A DNA stretch of 63,507 nucleotides, counting the filler, from Octopus bimaculoides (Eukaryota): the NCBI RefSeq assembly GCF_001194135.2. It is 6 parts of 4 records of this genome, joined end to end, with 100 filler letters (N's around TTAATTAATTAA, not from the genome) between each part and the next. Parts side by side here need not be neighbours in the genome. Positions count along the whole stretch, not along the records: positions 25,855 to 42,595 come from NC_068983.1; positions 42,696 to 59,169 come from NC_068981.1; 4 more parts are not named here. One strand, written 5' to 3'. Under the pieces are notes generated by a model. That model ran no database searches and was not told where the DNA came from. It was given only the letters and a program-made list of their open reading frames with translations. Of this stretch, positions 41,697-53,808 are shown one piece after another. Made by a program: the position numbers and the translations under genes. Numbering within the stretch: the stretch's first letter is position 1; each line of letters starts with the position of its first letter.

Positions 41697-42031
41697 TTTT
41701 CAATTTTATATCTAAGAGATGAAGAATTATGTCCATTATTTACATTATTTACATTTGACGGATATTTGTCCTCATTCATTTTGTTTGTTGTTAGCACAAC
41801 GTTTCGGTTGGTATACCCTCTAGCCTTCATCAGGTGTCTTGGAAAAATTTAGAACCTGGGTTCTTATTCCTAAAGTATTTTTCAATGTTATTATTATCAT
41901 TTTATTATTATTATTATTTTATTATTATCATTATTATTATTATTATTCATGTCACTGCCTGGAATTGAACTCGGAATCTTAGGGTTAGTAGCTCGCGCTC
42001 TTAACCACTACGCCAGATGACCGTGGGCATA
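41697..42031 (-). mobile_element. tRNA-headed short retroelement (SINE-D) with (AAT)n spacer and hammerhead-containing 3' part
   Basis: Minus strand reads ATGCCCACGGTCATC-TGGCGTAGTGG (A box, 42005-42015)...AGTTCAATTCC (B box, 41961-41971), then (AAT)n, then ...GACAC CTGATGA...GAAACGTT GTGC..., then a TGTAAATAA-repeat tail. Confidence 0.75.
41794..41837 (-). ncRNA. Hammerhead motif in the main SINE-D copy (stem II partly mismatched)
   Basis: Reverse complement: GACAC CTGATGA A GGCTA gagggtatac CAACC GAAA CGTT GTGC; core intact, stem II degraded. Confidence 0.6.
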
Positions 42032-42110
42032 TCACTTGAATAATAATAATAATAATAATAACATCGAAAAATAACTTAGGAATGAGAACTCAGGTTCGAA
42101 ATTCCCCCAA

Positions 42111-42156
42111 GACACCTGATGAAGGCTGGAGGGTATATCAGCCGAAACGTTGTGCT
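42111..42156 (+). ncRNA. Minimal type I hammerhead ribozyme motif in an inverted copy of the SINE-D tail
   Basis: GACAC CTGATGA A GGCTG gagggtatat CAGCC GAAA CGTT GTGC: CUGAUGA core (42116-42122), 5-bp stem II, GAAA (42144-42147), palindromic AACGTT in place of stem III, 3-bp stem I (CAC/GTG). Confidence 0.75.
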
Positions 42157-42554
42157 AACAACAAACAAAAGGAGGACAAATATCCATCAAATGTAAATGA
42201 TGTAAATAATTACCTTTCAAGTCCCTGTCCGGGATTGAAATTAAAATCCGATGGTGAGTAGCCCACGCTCTTAACCACTATGCTATATACCAGTGGGCAA
42301 TTATAGAGTGAATTTAAGAGCTTATAAACCTAGTATTTTATCTTTTCTCCATACTGGTTCCTATATTACATTCATATCTGCATTGGGCCTGTTTAGGTGG
42401 TTATTGTGTCCTAGCTATCCATCCATTGTAAATATAGGCGTAGGAGTGGCTTTTTTGGTAAGTAGCTTCTTGTTCATACACCTGTTTTCGTCTTTTGTTT
42501 TTCTATAAATTTCAATCCTATATATATATATATATATACATACATACATATACA

Positions 42555-42595
<41 letters not shown>

Positions 42596-42719
42596 NNNNN
42601 NNNNNNNNNNNNNNNNNNNNNNNNNNNNNNNNNNNNNNNTTAATTAATTAANNNNNNNNNNNNNNNNNNNNNNNNNNNNNNNNNNNNNNNNNNNNATATA
42701 TATACATATATACATATAA

Positions 42720-43431
42720 CAGTAGAGAGAACCTCTGGAAGAGGTAGACCCAGAAAGACATGGGATGAGGTGGTGAAGCATGACCTTTGAACATTGGACC
42801 TCACCGAGGCAATGACAAATGACCAAGGCCTTTGAAGATATGCTATGCTTGAGAAAACCTGGCAAACCAAGTAAGATCGTAGCCATGGCTGATGCCAGTG
42901 TCGCATAACTGACCCATTTAAAAGCACCCTTCAATTGTTGGGCAATATGCCGTGCTTGTGAAGACCTGTTGAACCAAGTGCTGCCTGACTTGTACCCCTG
43001 CGAGTGGCGTGTAAAAAGCACCATTCAAGCATGGCCAATACCAGTGCTGGCTGACTGGCATGTGAAAAGCACCATTTGAGTGTGGCTGATGCCAGTACCA
43101 CCTGACTGTCTCCCATGCTGGTGGCCCGTAAAAAAACATCATTTGAGTGTGATCTATGCCAGTGATGCCTGACTGGCACCCATGCTGGTGGCATCTAAAA
43201 AGCACCATTTGAGCATGGTTGATGCCAGTGCCACATGACTAGTTCCTATGTCGGTGGCATGTAAAAAGCATCCACTCCACTCCCGGAGTGGTTGGCATTA
43301 GGAAGGGCATCCAGCTGTAGGAACCTTGCTAAATCAGATTGGAGTTTGGTGCAGACTCCTGGTGTCAGTCCTCAGTCAAACCATCCAACCCATGCCAGCA
43401 TGGAAAGTGGACGTTAAACGATGATGATGAT
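42720..43431 (+). mobile_element. RTE-like LINE 3' end with tandem ~65-bp units in the 3' UTR and (GAT)n tail
   Basis: GRGRPRKTWDEVVKHDL*TLDLTEAMTND...; about five degenerate units containing gtaaaaagcaccatt...tgccagt (42985-43272); ends ccatgccagcatggaaagtggacgttaaacgatgatgatgat. Confidence 0.75.
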
Positions 43432-43532
43432 GGCGAGGAGGAGGAGGATGATATACCAAAGTAAGCACATAGATGTGAAACAGGGTGGGGAAAAATAGTA
43501 CTTGAATACCAGAGATAGAGTAATATAGTGTA

Positions 43533-43690
43533 TTATTATTAAAACTGAAAAAACATCACAAAAATATCACAAAAACTGCTACTCAGAGTTTCACATTCCC
43601 ATTCATTGGACAGTTTAGATTGAGAACATGAAACTCTGAGTAGTAGTTTTTGTGATATTTTTCTGATGTTTTTGCAGCTTCAATAATAAT
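43533..43690. repeat. Palindrome with ~60-bp arms
   Basis: ttattatt.aa.ctg.aaaaacatca.aaaaatatcacaaaaact.ctactcagagtttca (43533-43593) versus its reverse complement at 43629-43690. Confidence 0.88.
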
Positions 43691-44694
43691 AAAGTNNNNN
43701 NNNNNNNNNNNNNNNNNNNNNNNNNNNNNNNNNNNNNNNNNNNNNNNNNNNNNNNNNNNNNNNNNNNNNNNNNNNNNNNNNNNNNNNNNNNNNNNNNNNN
43801 NNNNNNNNNNNNNNNNNNNNNNNNNNNNNNNNNNNNNNNNNNNNNNNNNNNNNNNNNNNNNNNNNNNNNNNNNNNNNNNNNNNNNNNNNNNNNNNNNNNN
43901 NNNNNNNNNNNNNNNNNNNNNNNNNNNNNNNNNNNNNNNNNNNNNNNNNNNNNNNNNNNNNNNNNNNNNNNNNNNNNNNNNNNNNNNNNNNNNNNNNNNN
44001 NNNNNNNNNNNNNNNNNNNNNNNNNNNNNNNNNNNNNNNNNNNNNNNNNNNNNNNNNNNNNNNNNNNNNNNNNNNNNNNNNNNNNNNNNNNNNNNNNNNN
44101 NNNNNNNNNNNNNNNNNNNNNNNNNNNNNNNNNNNNNNNNNNNNNNNNNNNNNNNNNNNNNNNNNNNNNNNNNNNNNNNNNNNNNNNNNNNNNNNNNNNN
44201 NNNNNNNNNNNNNNNNNNNNNNNNNNNNNNNNNNNNNNNNNNNNNNNNNNNNNNNNNNNNNNNNNNNNNNNNNNNNNNNNNNNNNNNNNNNNNNNNNNNN
44301 NNNNNNNNNNNNNNNNNNNNNNNNNNNNNNNNNNNNNNNNNNNNNNNNNNNNNNNNNNNNNNNNNNNNNNNNNNNNNNNNNNNNNNNNNNNNNNNNNNNN
44401 NNNNNNNNNNNNNNNNNNNNNNNNNNNNNNNNNNNNNNNNNNNNNNNNNNNNNNNNNNNNNNNNNNNNNNNNNNNNNNNNNNNNNNNNNNNNNNNNNNNN
44501 NNNNNNNNNNNNNNNNNNNNNNNNNNNNNNNNNNNNNNNNNNNNNNNNNNNNNNNNNNNNNNNNNNNNNNNNNNNNNNNNNNNNNNNNNNNNNNNNNNNN
44601 NNNNNNNNNNNNNNNNNNNNNNNNNNNNNNNNNNNNNNNNNNNNNNNNNNNNNNNNNNNNNNNNNNNNNNNNNNNNNNNNNNNNNNNNNNNNNN

Positions 44695-46540
44695 CAAGAA
44701 TCAATAAATAAATTTATAGTATTCAGTCTCTAAAGTGTCTAAAAGGTACGGTAAAAGGACAGGCAAATACAACAATATAAATTTTAGAAATATCATGAAT
44801 GTTCAAAATATTTATTTAAAAATATTTATAAACATGCATAATTTCCAAATTGTATAAAAATATAACAATTTAAGTTAAAACATTACGATATATAAACGTA
44901 CATTATGATATAACATATAATGGGTAAATATATATGGTATGATGAAGTTATAAATTTACATGTATTATATTAAAAACGTCTACATTAGGACAAGATAAAA
45001 AAAAAAAAAACGTATAATATAAAAGTTAAGTTAAAAGTATACATCTACGGACCGTTTCTGAGATGTGTGTATTAATATGGTGTTGTACTCATATTAGAGA
45101 TTAGACACTCCCTCAAAATGTCCGATTAGCGGAAATTGTTGCCGGACTAATGTAATTTACAAATGTAGTGTTCTTATGCAGAACGGAAAGAGAAAAGAGT
45201 ACATAGGTAGCTCGATCAATTTTAAACAAAGATATAGAAGCCATATGAGCTCATTTAATAACTCAAAATATAGGGCATCTACAGCATTGGCATCGTTTAT
45301 ACATGACCTTAAGGAAAGAAACGCAACAATCGAACTATCATGGTCCATCTTGGCTAATGCCCATCCGTTCGGAGTTGGATCTAACAGATGTGGATTATGC
45401 ATTAGAGAGGCATATTTAATACTGAAAAACCATAATAATACTATGCTAAACAGGTTTACTGATGCAATCCCGGCATGCACGCATAAAATTCAGTCAACAT
45501 TCATTATGAAGTTCAAAAAGAATAGGAAATTTAAAGAGAAGGTTAGGGCGAATAGTAACTGTAAAGGATCATAGCATGAATTCGAACTTAGAATAGTAGA
45601 AATAATGATTTAGATAGGAATACTTCCATGAGTTAATAGTTATAAAAATTATACAATATAATTTAATATATAAGGAAGAAAAATAATATTATAAAATAAA
45701 ATAAATAGAAGTACCAATAGACATAATATAAGCAGGCCTGAATAGAACTAGTATAATTTGAACTTGTATCGATGATTAGGGATGAACTTATAGATGAATT
45801 AATAAATGAAATAATAAATAAAATTAAATAAAATTAAAAATGGAAATAAAATACAAACAAAATATTATTATGAACTAATCCGTAATAGGATATGATTAGG
45901 CTGGTGATTTAATTTAATTTAGCAACCTATGCTAATTAGGTATTACTACATATTCTTCTGCTTTTTTATATATATACGTAATTCCGCAATTGAGAAAAAA
46001 GAGCCGTGATGTAAGGTGTTGTGTCCAGTTGTTTTACTTGTATATTGTATTATATCACTCTAAACTTTTTATGTTTTCTATATTTTTATTCCTTCCTTTT
46101 TATGTACAACAAACATCCTGAGGAAGGGAGTGTCTAATCTCTAATATGAGTACAACACCATATTAATAGACACATCTCAGAAACGGTCCGCAGATGTATA
46201 CTTTTAACTTAACTTTTATATTATACGTTTTTTTTTAAACCTGTCCTAATGTACACGTTTTTAATATAATACATGTAAATTTATAACTTCATCATACCGT
46301 ATATATTTACCCATTATATGTTATATCATAATGTACGTTTATATATCGTAATGTTTTAACTTTAATTGTCATATTTTTATACAACTTGGAAAGCATGCAT
46401 GTTTATAAATATTTTTTTAATAAATATTTTGAACATTCATGATATTTCTTAAGTTTTTATTGTTGTATTTGCCTGTCCTTTTACCGTACCTTTTAGACAC
46501 TTTAGAGACTGAATACTATAAATTTATTTATTGATTCTTG
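44695..46540 (+). mobile_element. 5'-truncated Penelope-like element with an inverted copy of its 3' end (arms ~44695-45113 and ~46125-46540)
   Basis: The two ~420-bp arms are near-identical reverse complements enclosing a GIY-YIG ORF. An inverted pseudo-LTR at the 5' truncation point is a known PLE insertion layout. Confidence 0.85.
45119..45574 (+). pseudogene. GIY-YIG endonuclease domain of a Penelope-like element (5'-truncated, frame open)
   Basis: The frame extends upstream of the listed ATG: CPISGNCCRTNVIYKCSV...KEYIGSSINFKQRYRSHMSSF...TALASFI..LK...WSIL..A...RCGLC..E...LNR...CTH. Confidence 0.85.
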
Positions 46541-47652
46541 AAGGAATTGAACACACATATNNNNNNNNNNNNNNNNNNNNNNNNNNNNNNNNNNNNNNNN
46601 NNNNNNNNNNNNNNNNNNNNNNNNNNNNNNNNNNNNNNNNNNNNNNNNNNNNNNNNNNNNNNNNNNNNNNNNNNNNNNNNNNNNNNNNNNNNNNNNNNNN
46701 NNNNNNNNNNNNNNNNNNNNNNNNNNNNNNNNNNNNNNNNNNNNNNNNNNNNNNNNNNNNNNNNNNNNNNNNNNNNNNNNNNNNNNNNNNNNNNNNNNNN
46801 NNNNNNNNNNNNNNNNNNNNNNNNNNNNNNNNNNNNNNNNNNNNNNNNNNNNNNNNNNNNNNNNNNNNNNNNNNNNNNNNNNNNNNNNNNNNNNNNNNNN
46901 NNNNNNNNNNNNNNNNNNNNNNNNNNNNNNNNNNNNNNNNNNNNNNNNNNNNNNNNNNNNNNNNNNNNNNNNNNNNNNNNNNNNNNNNNNNNNNNNNNNN
47001 NNNNNNNNNNNNNNNNNNNNNNNNNNNNNNNNNNNNNNNNNNNNNNNNNNNNNNNNNNNNNNNNNNNNNNNNNNNNNNNNNNNNNNNNNNNNNNNNNNNN
47101 NNNNNNNNNNNNNNNNNNNNNNNNNNNNNNNNNNNNNNNNNNNNNNNNNNNNNNNNNNNNNNNNNNNNNNNNNNNNNNNNNNNNNNNNNNNNNNNNNNNN
47201 NNNNNNNNNNNNNNNNNNNNNNNNNNNNNNNNNNNNNNNNNNNNNNNNNNNNNNNNNNNNNNNNNNATATATATATATATATATATATACTTCTTTGCAT
47301 ACTAGCAACCTGCTCACTGCCCTTCCCATCCTTCTCTGTCACTCTCCCTACATCACCCCTCACCATACCATACATGTCAAGAATACTTCTTGCTCATCAT
47401 CCCATTGTGTAGAGAGTCTTTTGTTTTTGACTTTCCAGGTCAATGATGTTTTTATTCCCACCTTCAGTACATAAAAGTCCAAACCATACTCTTTCAGCCA
47501 GCCATGATTGAGAATTATTGAATCATTGTTTTCTTTTATGAAAGCCCAATTTCAAAAGAAGCTGTCTGGTAACATTTTGACTGTATAGGGTCCTTCATAT
47601 AATTCTGTATTAACAAAGTAAATAATGTATATTTTTGTTTATAACAAAATAG

Positions 47653-47768
47653 GCTTGATGCGCTGTGGACCATGTCCGGTGAAAGCCATTAAAGAGGGTG
47701 ATGTGTTCATTAATTATGACGCTCCATTCATCTTTTCTGAGGTGAATGGTGACAAAGTATTCTGGATG
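47653..47768 (+). CDS. Transglutaminase (TGM1/F13A-like family) internal exon, late catalytic core; not in the ORF track
   Basis: aaatag|GC TTG ATG CGC TGT GGA CCA...TTC TGG ATG|gtaag; 116 nt = 2+38 codons: (G)LMRCGPCPVKAIKEGDVFINYDAPFIFSEVNGDKVFWM. Matches the TGase motif CGP.sv.AIK.G.v...fD.pFvFaEVN.D (factor XIIIa: MYRCGPASVQAIKHG...FDAPFVFAEVNSD). Confidence 0.93.
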
Positions 47769-48728
47769 GTAAGTAAAGACATACCATTTTGATTTCTTTT
47801 TGCATCCACTATTGTGTATCTTGTAAAAAGATATTGTTTGGTCTGAGCTATGCAATATTGTCTTTAAAGATATTAAATTTGCTAAAATTTGCTAAGGGGT
47901 GAAGGGGAAACAATGAAAACAGGAAGAAATTGTGAGGTGAGATCAGAGTATTGTGTGCCTTACAAGATAAGTTGCCATAGAAAATGAAATATGCTGTTCT
48001 GACTTACTGAAGCTATGCCAGCATGAGACAGATGACAGGAGAATGTTAATGATGATAATATTGATGATGATGATGATGACGACGACAATAAAACTGTCAT
48101 GGCCACTGCTGCCACTACCATCATCAATGACCAACAATGAAGAAGATGGGTAAAATGGATAAGTTTAAAATTTGTGAATACTGAATTGCCATGGGTTTTA
48201 AATCTTCTTACTGGTAATACATGATATACAACTTTTGTAATTCCTACAAATCTATGATAACTACATTGTAACTATAGAAAATTATTAGCAAAATTGTTTC
48301 CAAAAAAAATGGGAAAATACCACAGCTGGATTCTGCAAAATATCTTTTCATAAGATGGTGAACTCTGTACATAAATGAGAAAATGGAAAGCAAATGCATT
48401 AAACTTTGTATTGGTAGTGGTATCTGCAGAGAAGAGATTGCTTTGCTAATCATAGAATAGTAAAAGTTGAAAGAAAGGATATAAAGTGGTTATGTGATTG
48501 TCATGTGCACACTATCTATTGTGAGTAAAGTTTGTTTGGTAATGGTCTATATTGTACAACATATATTTTAGGTGTACACAGTGTATGAACACTACCCCAG
48601 TGTAAAACAATAGTTCTCTGTAGACTTAGTAGCAGCTAATTTATACCTCAAATTAGACTCTCAACATGCAAAAATGTGCATACACACTCTCCTATACACT
48701 TCTGTTGTTCTTTATATTATTTATTAAG

Positions 48729-48858
48729 GTTGATAGTAAAACAGAAGAAATGAAGGCTGTTCAGGTTGACAAATCTGCTGTTGGCAAGTTCATTAGTACT
48801 AAAGCAGTTGGAAGTGTGGAGCGGGAAGACATCACCCATCTCTATAAATATAAAGAAG
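48729..48858 (+). CDS. Transglutaminase internal exon, end of core domain
   Basis: ttattaag|GTT GAT AGT...AAA GAA G|gtaag; 130 nt: VDSKTEEMKAVQVDKSAVGKFISTKAVGSVEREDITHLYKYKE(G). The GK.IsTK.vG...reDIT..YK..EG motif is typical of TGases. Phase 0 start fits the previous exon. Confidence 0.93.
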
Positions 48859-50529
48859 GTAAGATACTATTATAATGATTTTTAGACAAGATGCAGATCC
48901 AAGCTTTGTAAGAGAGGGCTTTAGTCAACTATTTAGTTGAAGCCCAATACTTTATCAACTTGGAGAAAAATGAAGTGTAAAGGATTTGTAGATAGAAGGT
49001 GAAGGGACAAAACTATAAGGCATTTAGTATGGCCCTTCAACATCTCTATAACTCATTTGAAAAAAAAAATGCTAAGGTGTAATAATTATGAGAGGTGACT
49101 ATGTTAGCATGGATATAAAATATACAAATGATAGCTTCCATTCTGGGACGGAAAATGCTATATATTGATGTTGTTGGAAGACAGTCATATAGAAAGGGAT
49201 GGTTGGGAGTGAAGTGGTTTGCTCTGACCTAAGATACAAAACAATGAAGAAAGGTTATTTTGTCCTGTTCAACCTATGTCAACATGCAAAGAACAAATAT
49301 TAAAGCAATGATGAAATAGAGATGGTTAGTGACAACGACAATGATGATGATGATGATGATAATATTTGGTATTAAATCAAGCTGGTATATATGTATTTGA
49401 ATTCTTGATCTTGAAGCTAAGCGGTACCTGAAAACACTGAGAAATATATAAAAGAAAAAACCTTGTTGAAACTAATTTTCCACTTCAAAATTAAATAACA
49501 AAAACGTTGCAATGGTTACTTTTAATGACTAGATTAAATGCATAATGAGTAGATTGAATGGGTGGTAGTTAGAGGGAACTTTGTTATTAGACAATGACAA
49601 AGAAACCTAGCTTAACTGAGCTCCAAAATTGTCGTCACTGCAACAACATTGTGGAACAATGTTATTATTCCACAAAAACACTCTTTAATTGTAATATAAA
49701 ACAAGAGATAAATAAGGCCTGTGATGAAAAGTATTTTAACCATGGCTGTCTGATAGTTTTCTTATGGACATCTAGAATGATAGGATGTGATTTGAGGGAC
49801 ATCTGACTGTTATTTCTAGCAGGATGAGTCACTATTTAAAACCTTTTTTGGCTCATTGAGTAACCCTATGCAAAATACTACAGTTTAAAATATCATACAA
49901 GAAATTTACCATTCCACCCATGCTAGCATGGAACACAAATGTTAAATGATGATGAGGATGAAATTGTCTTTGTATTTTATAGATTGAAGGAGATAATAAA
50001 GAACCAAAATAGGTAGTTAAGCAGATCTAGTTCAGTGCTACGATATTGTGATTTTGAATTTTGCTAAGATTTTGTATTTCCATTACTCTGGACTTTATGA
50101 AACAGCCACAATTTATAAATGTCATTTGGTTCATTGGAACACAATCATATATGATTCTATACCCTACAAAAGAAGGAAGGCACAATTGAAAGTGATAAAA
50201 GACTTAGGAAAATAGGGGCCATTTATTTTTTGCTGCAGAGAACATCTCAAGTGCTGGTGGCATGATGAAATGTATTTAATCTGCTCTATAAAATGGTTGT
50301 TGATGAGAGAGCTGGCCAGCTGTAAAAACAAACAAGATAGAAGACATATGCAATGAAAAATGGTCACATCTTATGATGAGTAATAATGAATGATGAGATG
50401 CTATAAGATTTGTCCAACTCATGACAGTGTGAAAAATAGCATAAAATGATGCTGATGCTGATGATAAACTCTTTGTTTCTCCTAAATCATTATATCTAAT
50501 GTTTTATATATTCCTACTTTCTTTTATAG

Positions 50530-50808
50530 GATCTCAGGAAGAAAGGCATGTGGTGGCAAAAGCATGCAGGAATACCTGTTCAGAACATGAAGAGATCTAT
50601 GGAGAAGTAGAAGATGTCTCCTTTGAAGTTGTTGAGTTAAAGAAAGCAATTTTTGGTAATAGCTTTACTATTGGACTTAAGATACATTCAAAATCCAATC
50701 TTCGGACTGTTGAAACTTCATTTGCTGTTATGACGTGCTTTTATACGGGAGTTAATGACAAAAGAATTTTCTCTCAGAAAAATACAGTCACTGCTCATCC
50801 TAACAAAG
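50530..50808 (+). CDS. Transglutaminase internal exon, EEER linker and first C-terminal beta-barrel
   Basis: cttttatag|GA TCT CAG GAA GAA AGG...AAC AAA G|gtaag; 279 nt: (G)SQEERHVVAKACRN...FGNSFTIGLKIHSKSNLRTVETSFAVMTCFYTGV...HPNK. Completes EGSQEER with the previous exon and contains the barrel-1 YTG motif. Phases 1/1 are compatible. Confidence 0.9.
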
Positions 50809-51803
50809 GTAAGTATGTTTGTCTCAGTATATAGTGTATGTGATAGTGATGGTAGTTATGGTGGTTTGGTAGTGGATTGGGAGGGATGGGATATAATAGT
50901 TATAAACGTAGTAGTTTGGTATTGGTTTAGATAGTAGTGATGCTGGCTATAGCAACACTAAGCATGGTAGTGGTGATACTGGCATTATCTTTGTTGAAGC
51001 ATTGTAGTTTTGGTGTTAATGGTGGTAGGGATAATAATAGTGCCAGTAGTTTTTCTTTATTAAAAGAGATATTTCATTTGAGCAATTATTCAGAGTAATA
51101 CATGTAACTCATGTTCCCATACTCTTATACAATAAATATATTAAGAATCATGCATCTGAAGGAGTGATCTCTTCTAGTGAAGTGTATGTCCGTAAATAAT
51201 AGTTTATTACAATAAACATTTATTTATTGACATACACTTCTCTGGATGAGAGAGTTATAATATTCATTTATTCATTACTAGTTATTTTTTTTTATTGCAG
51301 GTTGTTTATTTACTTGTTCACTCAGCAGTTAAAAAAATAACTATTTCATTTCAACTATTAAATTTCAATTTCAATTATCCATGTAACATTATAGTAAATT
51401 TTTACAAGGATAGAAGCAATGATAGAAGTGTCGAATTACCAAATTACTGGGTCAGGTCATGAAAGTTACTGATAGATTAATTATTAGTGATGGAAACAGT
51501 ATTAATAACATAAGGTAAGCTTTATATCCAATGTAACATGAATGTCTTGTTGGAATATTGAATACTGCATTATTAGTCTTGAGAGATCCTTTCATATAGG
51601 TGCTTGGTGCTTAAAATCTCACACATAGATTGCAGTAGACATGAATCATGTCATCGGTGCCAGAACTCTTATATCAGATGATTTCATCCTACCAGAAATT
51701 GTCAGTTGGAGTGCATGCCAAGAGGATCCTTCAAGGCTAGTTAAGCAGTATCTGGTGTTAAGTTGGATATAAAGATTACCTTTCAGTGAAAGAGTTATAG
51801 TAT

Positions 51804-51973
51804 AATACAGCAGCTAAGCCTGGTTTCACCCGGATGCGAAGAGGGAAACATATTTACATCATAAGGGTTTTTTCCTTGTAAGGCTTTCTTTTTTAGTTGA
51901 TTTTCACCTAGCAACACTTATCGTAGATGGCGTAATAAGTCACACCCGGACAACATCGGGTTATACTGCTAGT
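51804..51973 (+). mobile_element. Short non-autonomous Helitron-like element or 3' end
   Basis: Ends CCCGGACAACATCGGG (hairpin, 51945-51960), TTATACTG, CTAG|T: the Helitron 3' signature. Starts with cagcagctaagcctggtttcacccgg. Confidence 0.6.
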
Positions 51974-52049
51974 TTACAATAAATTGCAAATATGGTGACA
52001 GGAAAAGTGGATGTAAGAAGAATCAGATGTAATGTTCAAGTAAGAAGAC

Positions 52050-52260
52050 TGCACTCATGGCCATGTAATGGATATGGATAAGAACAGCTGTATAATGAAG
52101 CACCAATCACTAAATGTAGGTGGAGCTTGTGGAAAAGAGAGACCCAGGGAAACACAAAACAAAGTAGAGAGGGCTGATCTCAGGAGGTTGAACCCTATAG
52201 AGATGACAAAGAATTGGTATGATTGGCAATTTGCTCTACTTAAGAATGCTATCTGTCTCA
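52050..52260 (+). mobile_element. Decayed RTE-like C-terminal fragment in the TGase intron
   Basis: HGHVMDMD...G.CGKERPRET...DLRRLN..EMTK...WQFALL resembles the RTE W.GHV.RM...GRGRPRKTW motif. Confidence 0.55.
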
Positions 52261-53740
52261 AGGAAATTGAGGTGCTAAAACCTACTGGGCAATGCCTCCA
52301 CACCCATTCTGTCCCTATCATATCATTCTCACTTTCATCTTCCTAACACCCATCCCTCCACTCTTCTGTATATGGCACTATTTAGTTGCTATAATATAAT
52401 CATATGAAGGCAGAATATGCTCATATTTCATCCTCATATTTCATCCTCCAGGTACCTTTCTCTCTATCTCTCTAGAACCACTTCCTTTTAAAATTCTTTT
52501 CAGTATCTTGTCAACATCATTTTCAGTATAATCCCTTCTTTATTTTCCACTGTTTACTTCTTTCTGTTCCTACTTGAGGTACATCTTATGATTGCTATTA
52601 TCTTATCTTTTGCCATTCTCATCACCCTATCAAATGTGCTGTTATTGACCTCCCACACCTTTATCCCTCACTCACTACAGTTACCCCTATATACCTCTGA
52701 CATCCATTTCTCACTGTACACCTCTCATTCTTGCACCACCACCCTTCCATTTCACACATCTTCTACATATTTGCTGATCTACCTACAGGTTTGTTGTATT
52801 GCTATTCTCCTTCTTTCCTGTACTGCCACATATCATCTCTTCTTTCTTGAGCCATTCCCATTCTTTCATCTGATATATTCCATTGATAGTACCCCCACTC
52901 TTGATCTATTCACTACAGTCACCTCTACTCCATCTCTAATCATCTGTCACTTTCCTTTCATGCTCTAATGAACTTATTCACCCACCTTTGCCAATTCTTT
53001 CTTATGCTTATCGTCTTATATCTTGAGAGTACTCTCTAACACCTTGTCATCACCATCATTGTCTTCTTTCCACTTACTTTCCCTTATATAATACTGGGTA
53101 GCCATGTATCTCCTGTATAACAAGACGCTTGCACCTGTCTCTCCATTACACTTTAGCCTAATACCTGGCATAAAACCGTCTCCTTTACTACTATAACTCC
53201 ACTTAGTTGAAAGTCTTTCCTTTGTCTTGTAAGTTACTTGGTGATCTCATTTGTGCAGTGCTGTGAGAAAAGCACTCAATATACTTTATAAAGGGGTTAG
53301 CATTATGAAGGGCATCTAGCCTCAGAAACCAAGGCCAAATAAATCATGGAGTTTAATGCAGTCTGCTGGCTTGTGAAATTCTCTCTAACTGTTCAACACA
53401 TACCAACATAGAAGACAAATGTTAAATGATGATGGATCCTCAGAGAATTTTCATTATAATCATAAAAGTTTGGACTGGAAAATACCCAAGTTATGGGGAG
53501 TAATAGAATCGACAAAATTCTTTAGACACTTGTTTTCATATCCTACTTGATTGTACTGCAAGTTTATAAGTAAATGATAACATTAAAAATGCCAGATAAG
53601 TCTTTACTTGGAAGTCATATTCGGCTGTTTCAGAAGGATGTTAACCTACATGTTGATGTTACTTCAGCTTGTTATTCATTACACTGATGCTGTGCTATAA
53701 ATTGAAATGTAAGAGAGAGAGAGAGAGAGGGAGAGGGAGA

Positions 53741-53780
<40 letters not shown>

Positions 53781-53808
53781 TTATTGGTTCTCTACTTCTG
53801 TTTTGCAG

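Noticed and set aside
42985-43272. Array of ~65-bp repeats, superficially CRISPR-like
   Set aside because: Degenerate tandem units with no unique spacers, inside an RTE 3' UTR in eukaryotic DNA; no cas genes.
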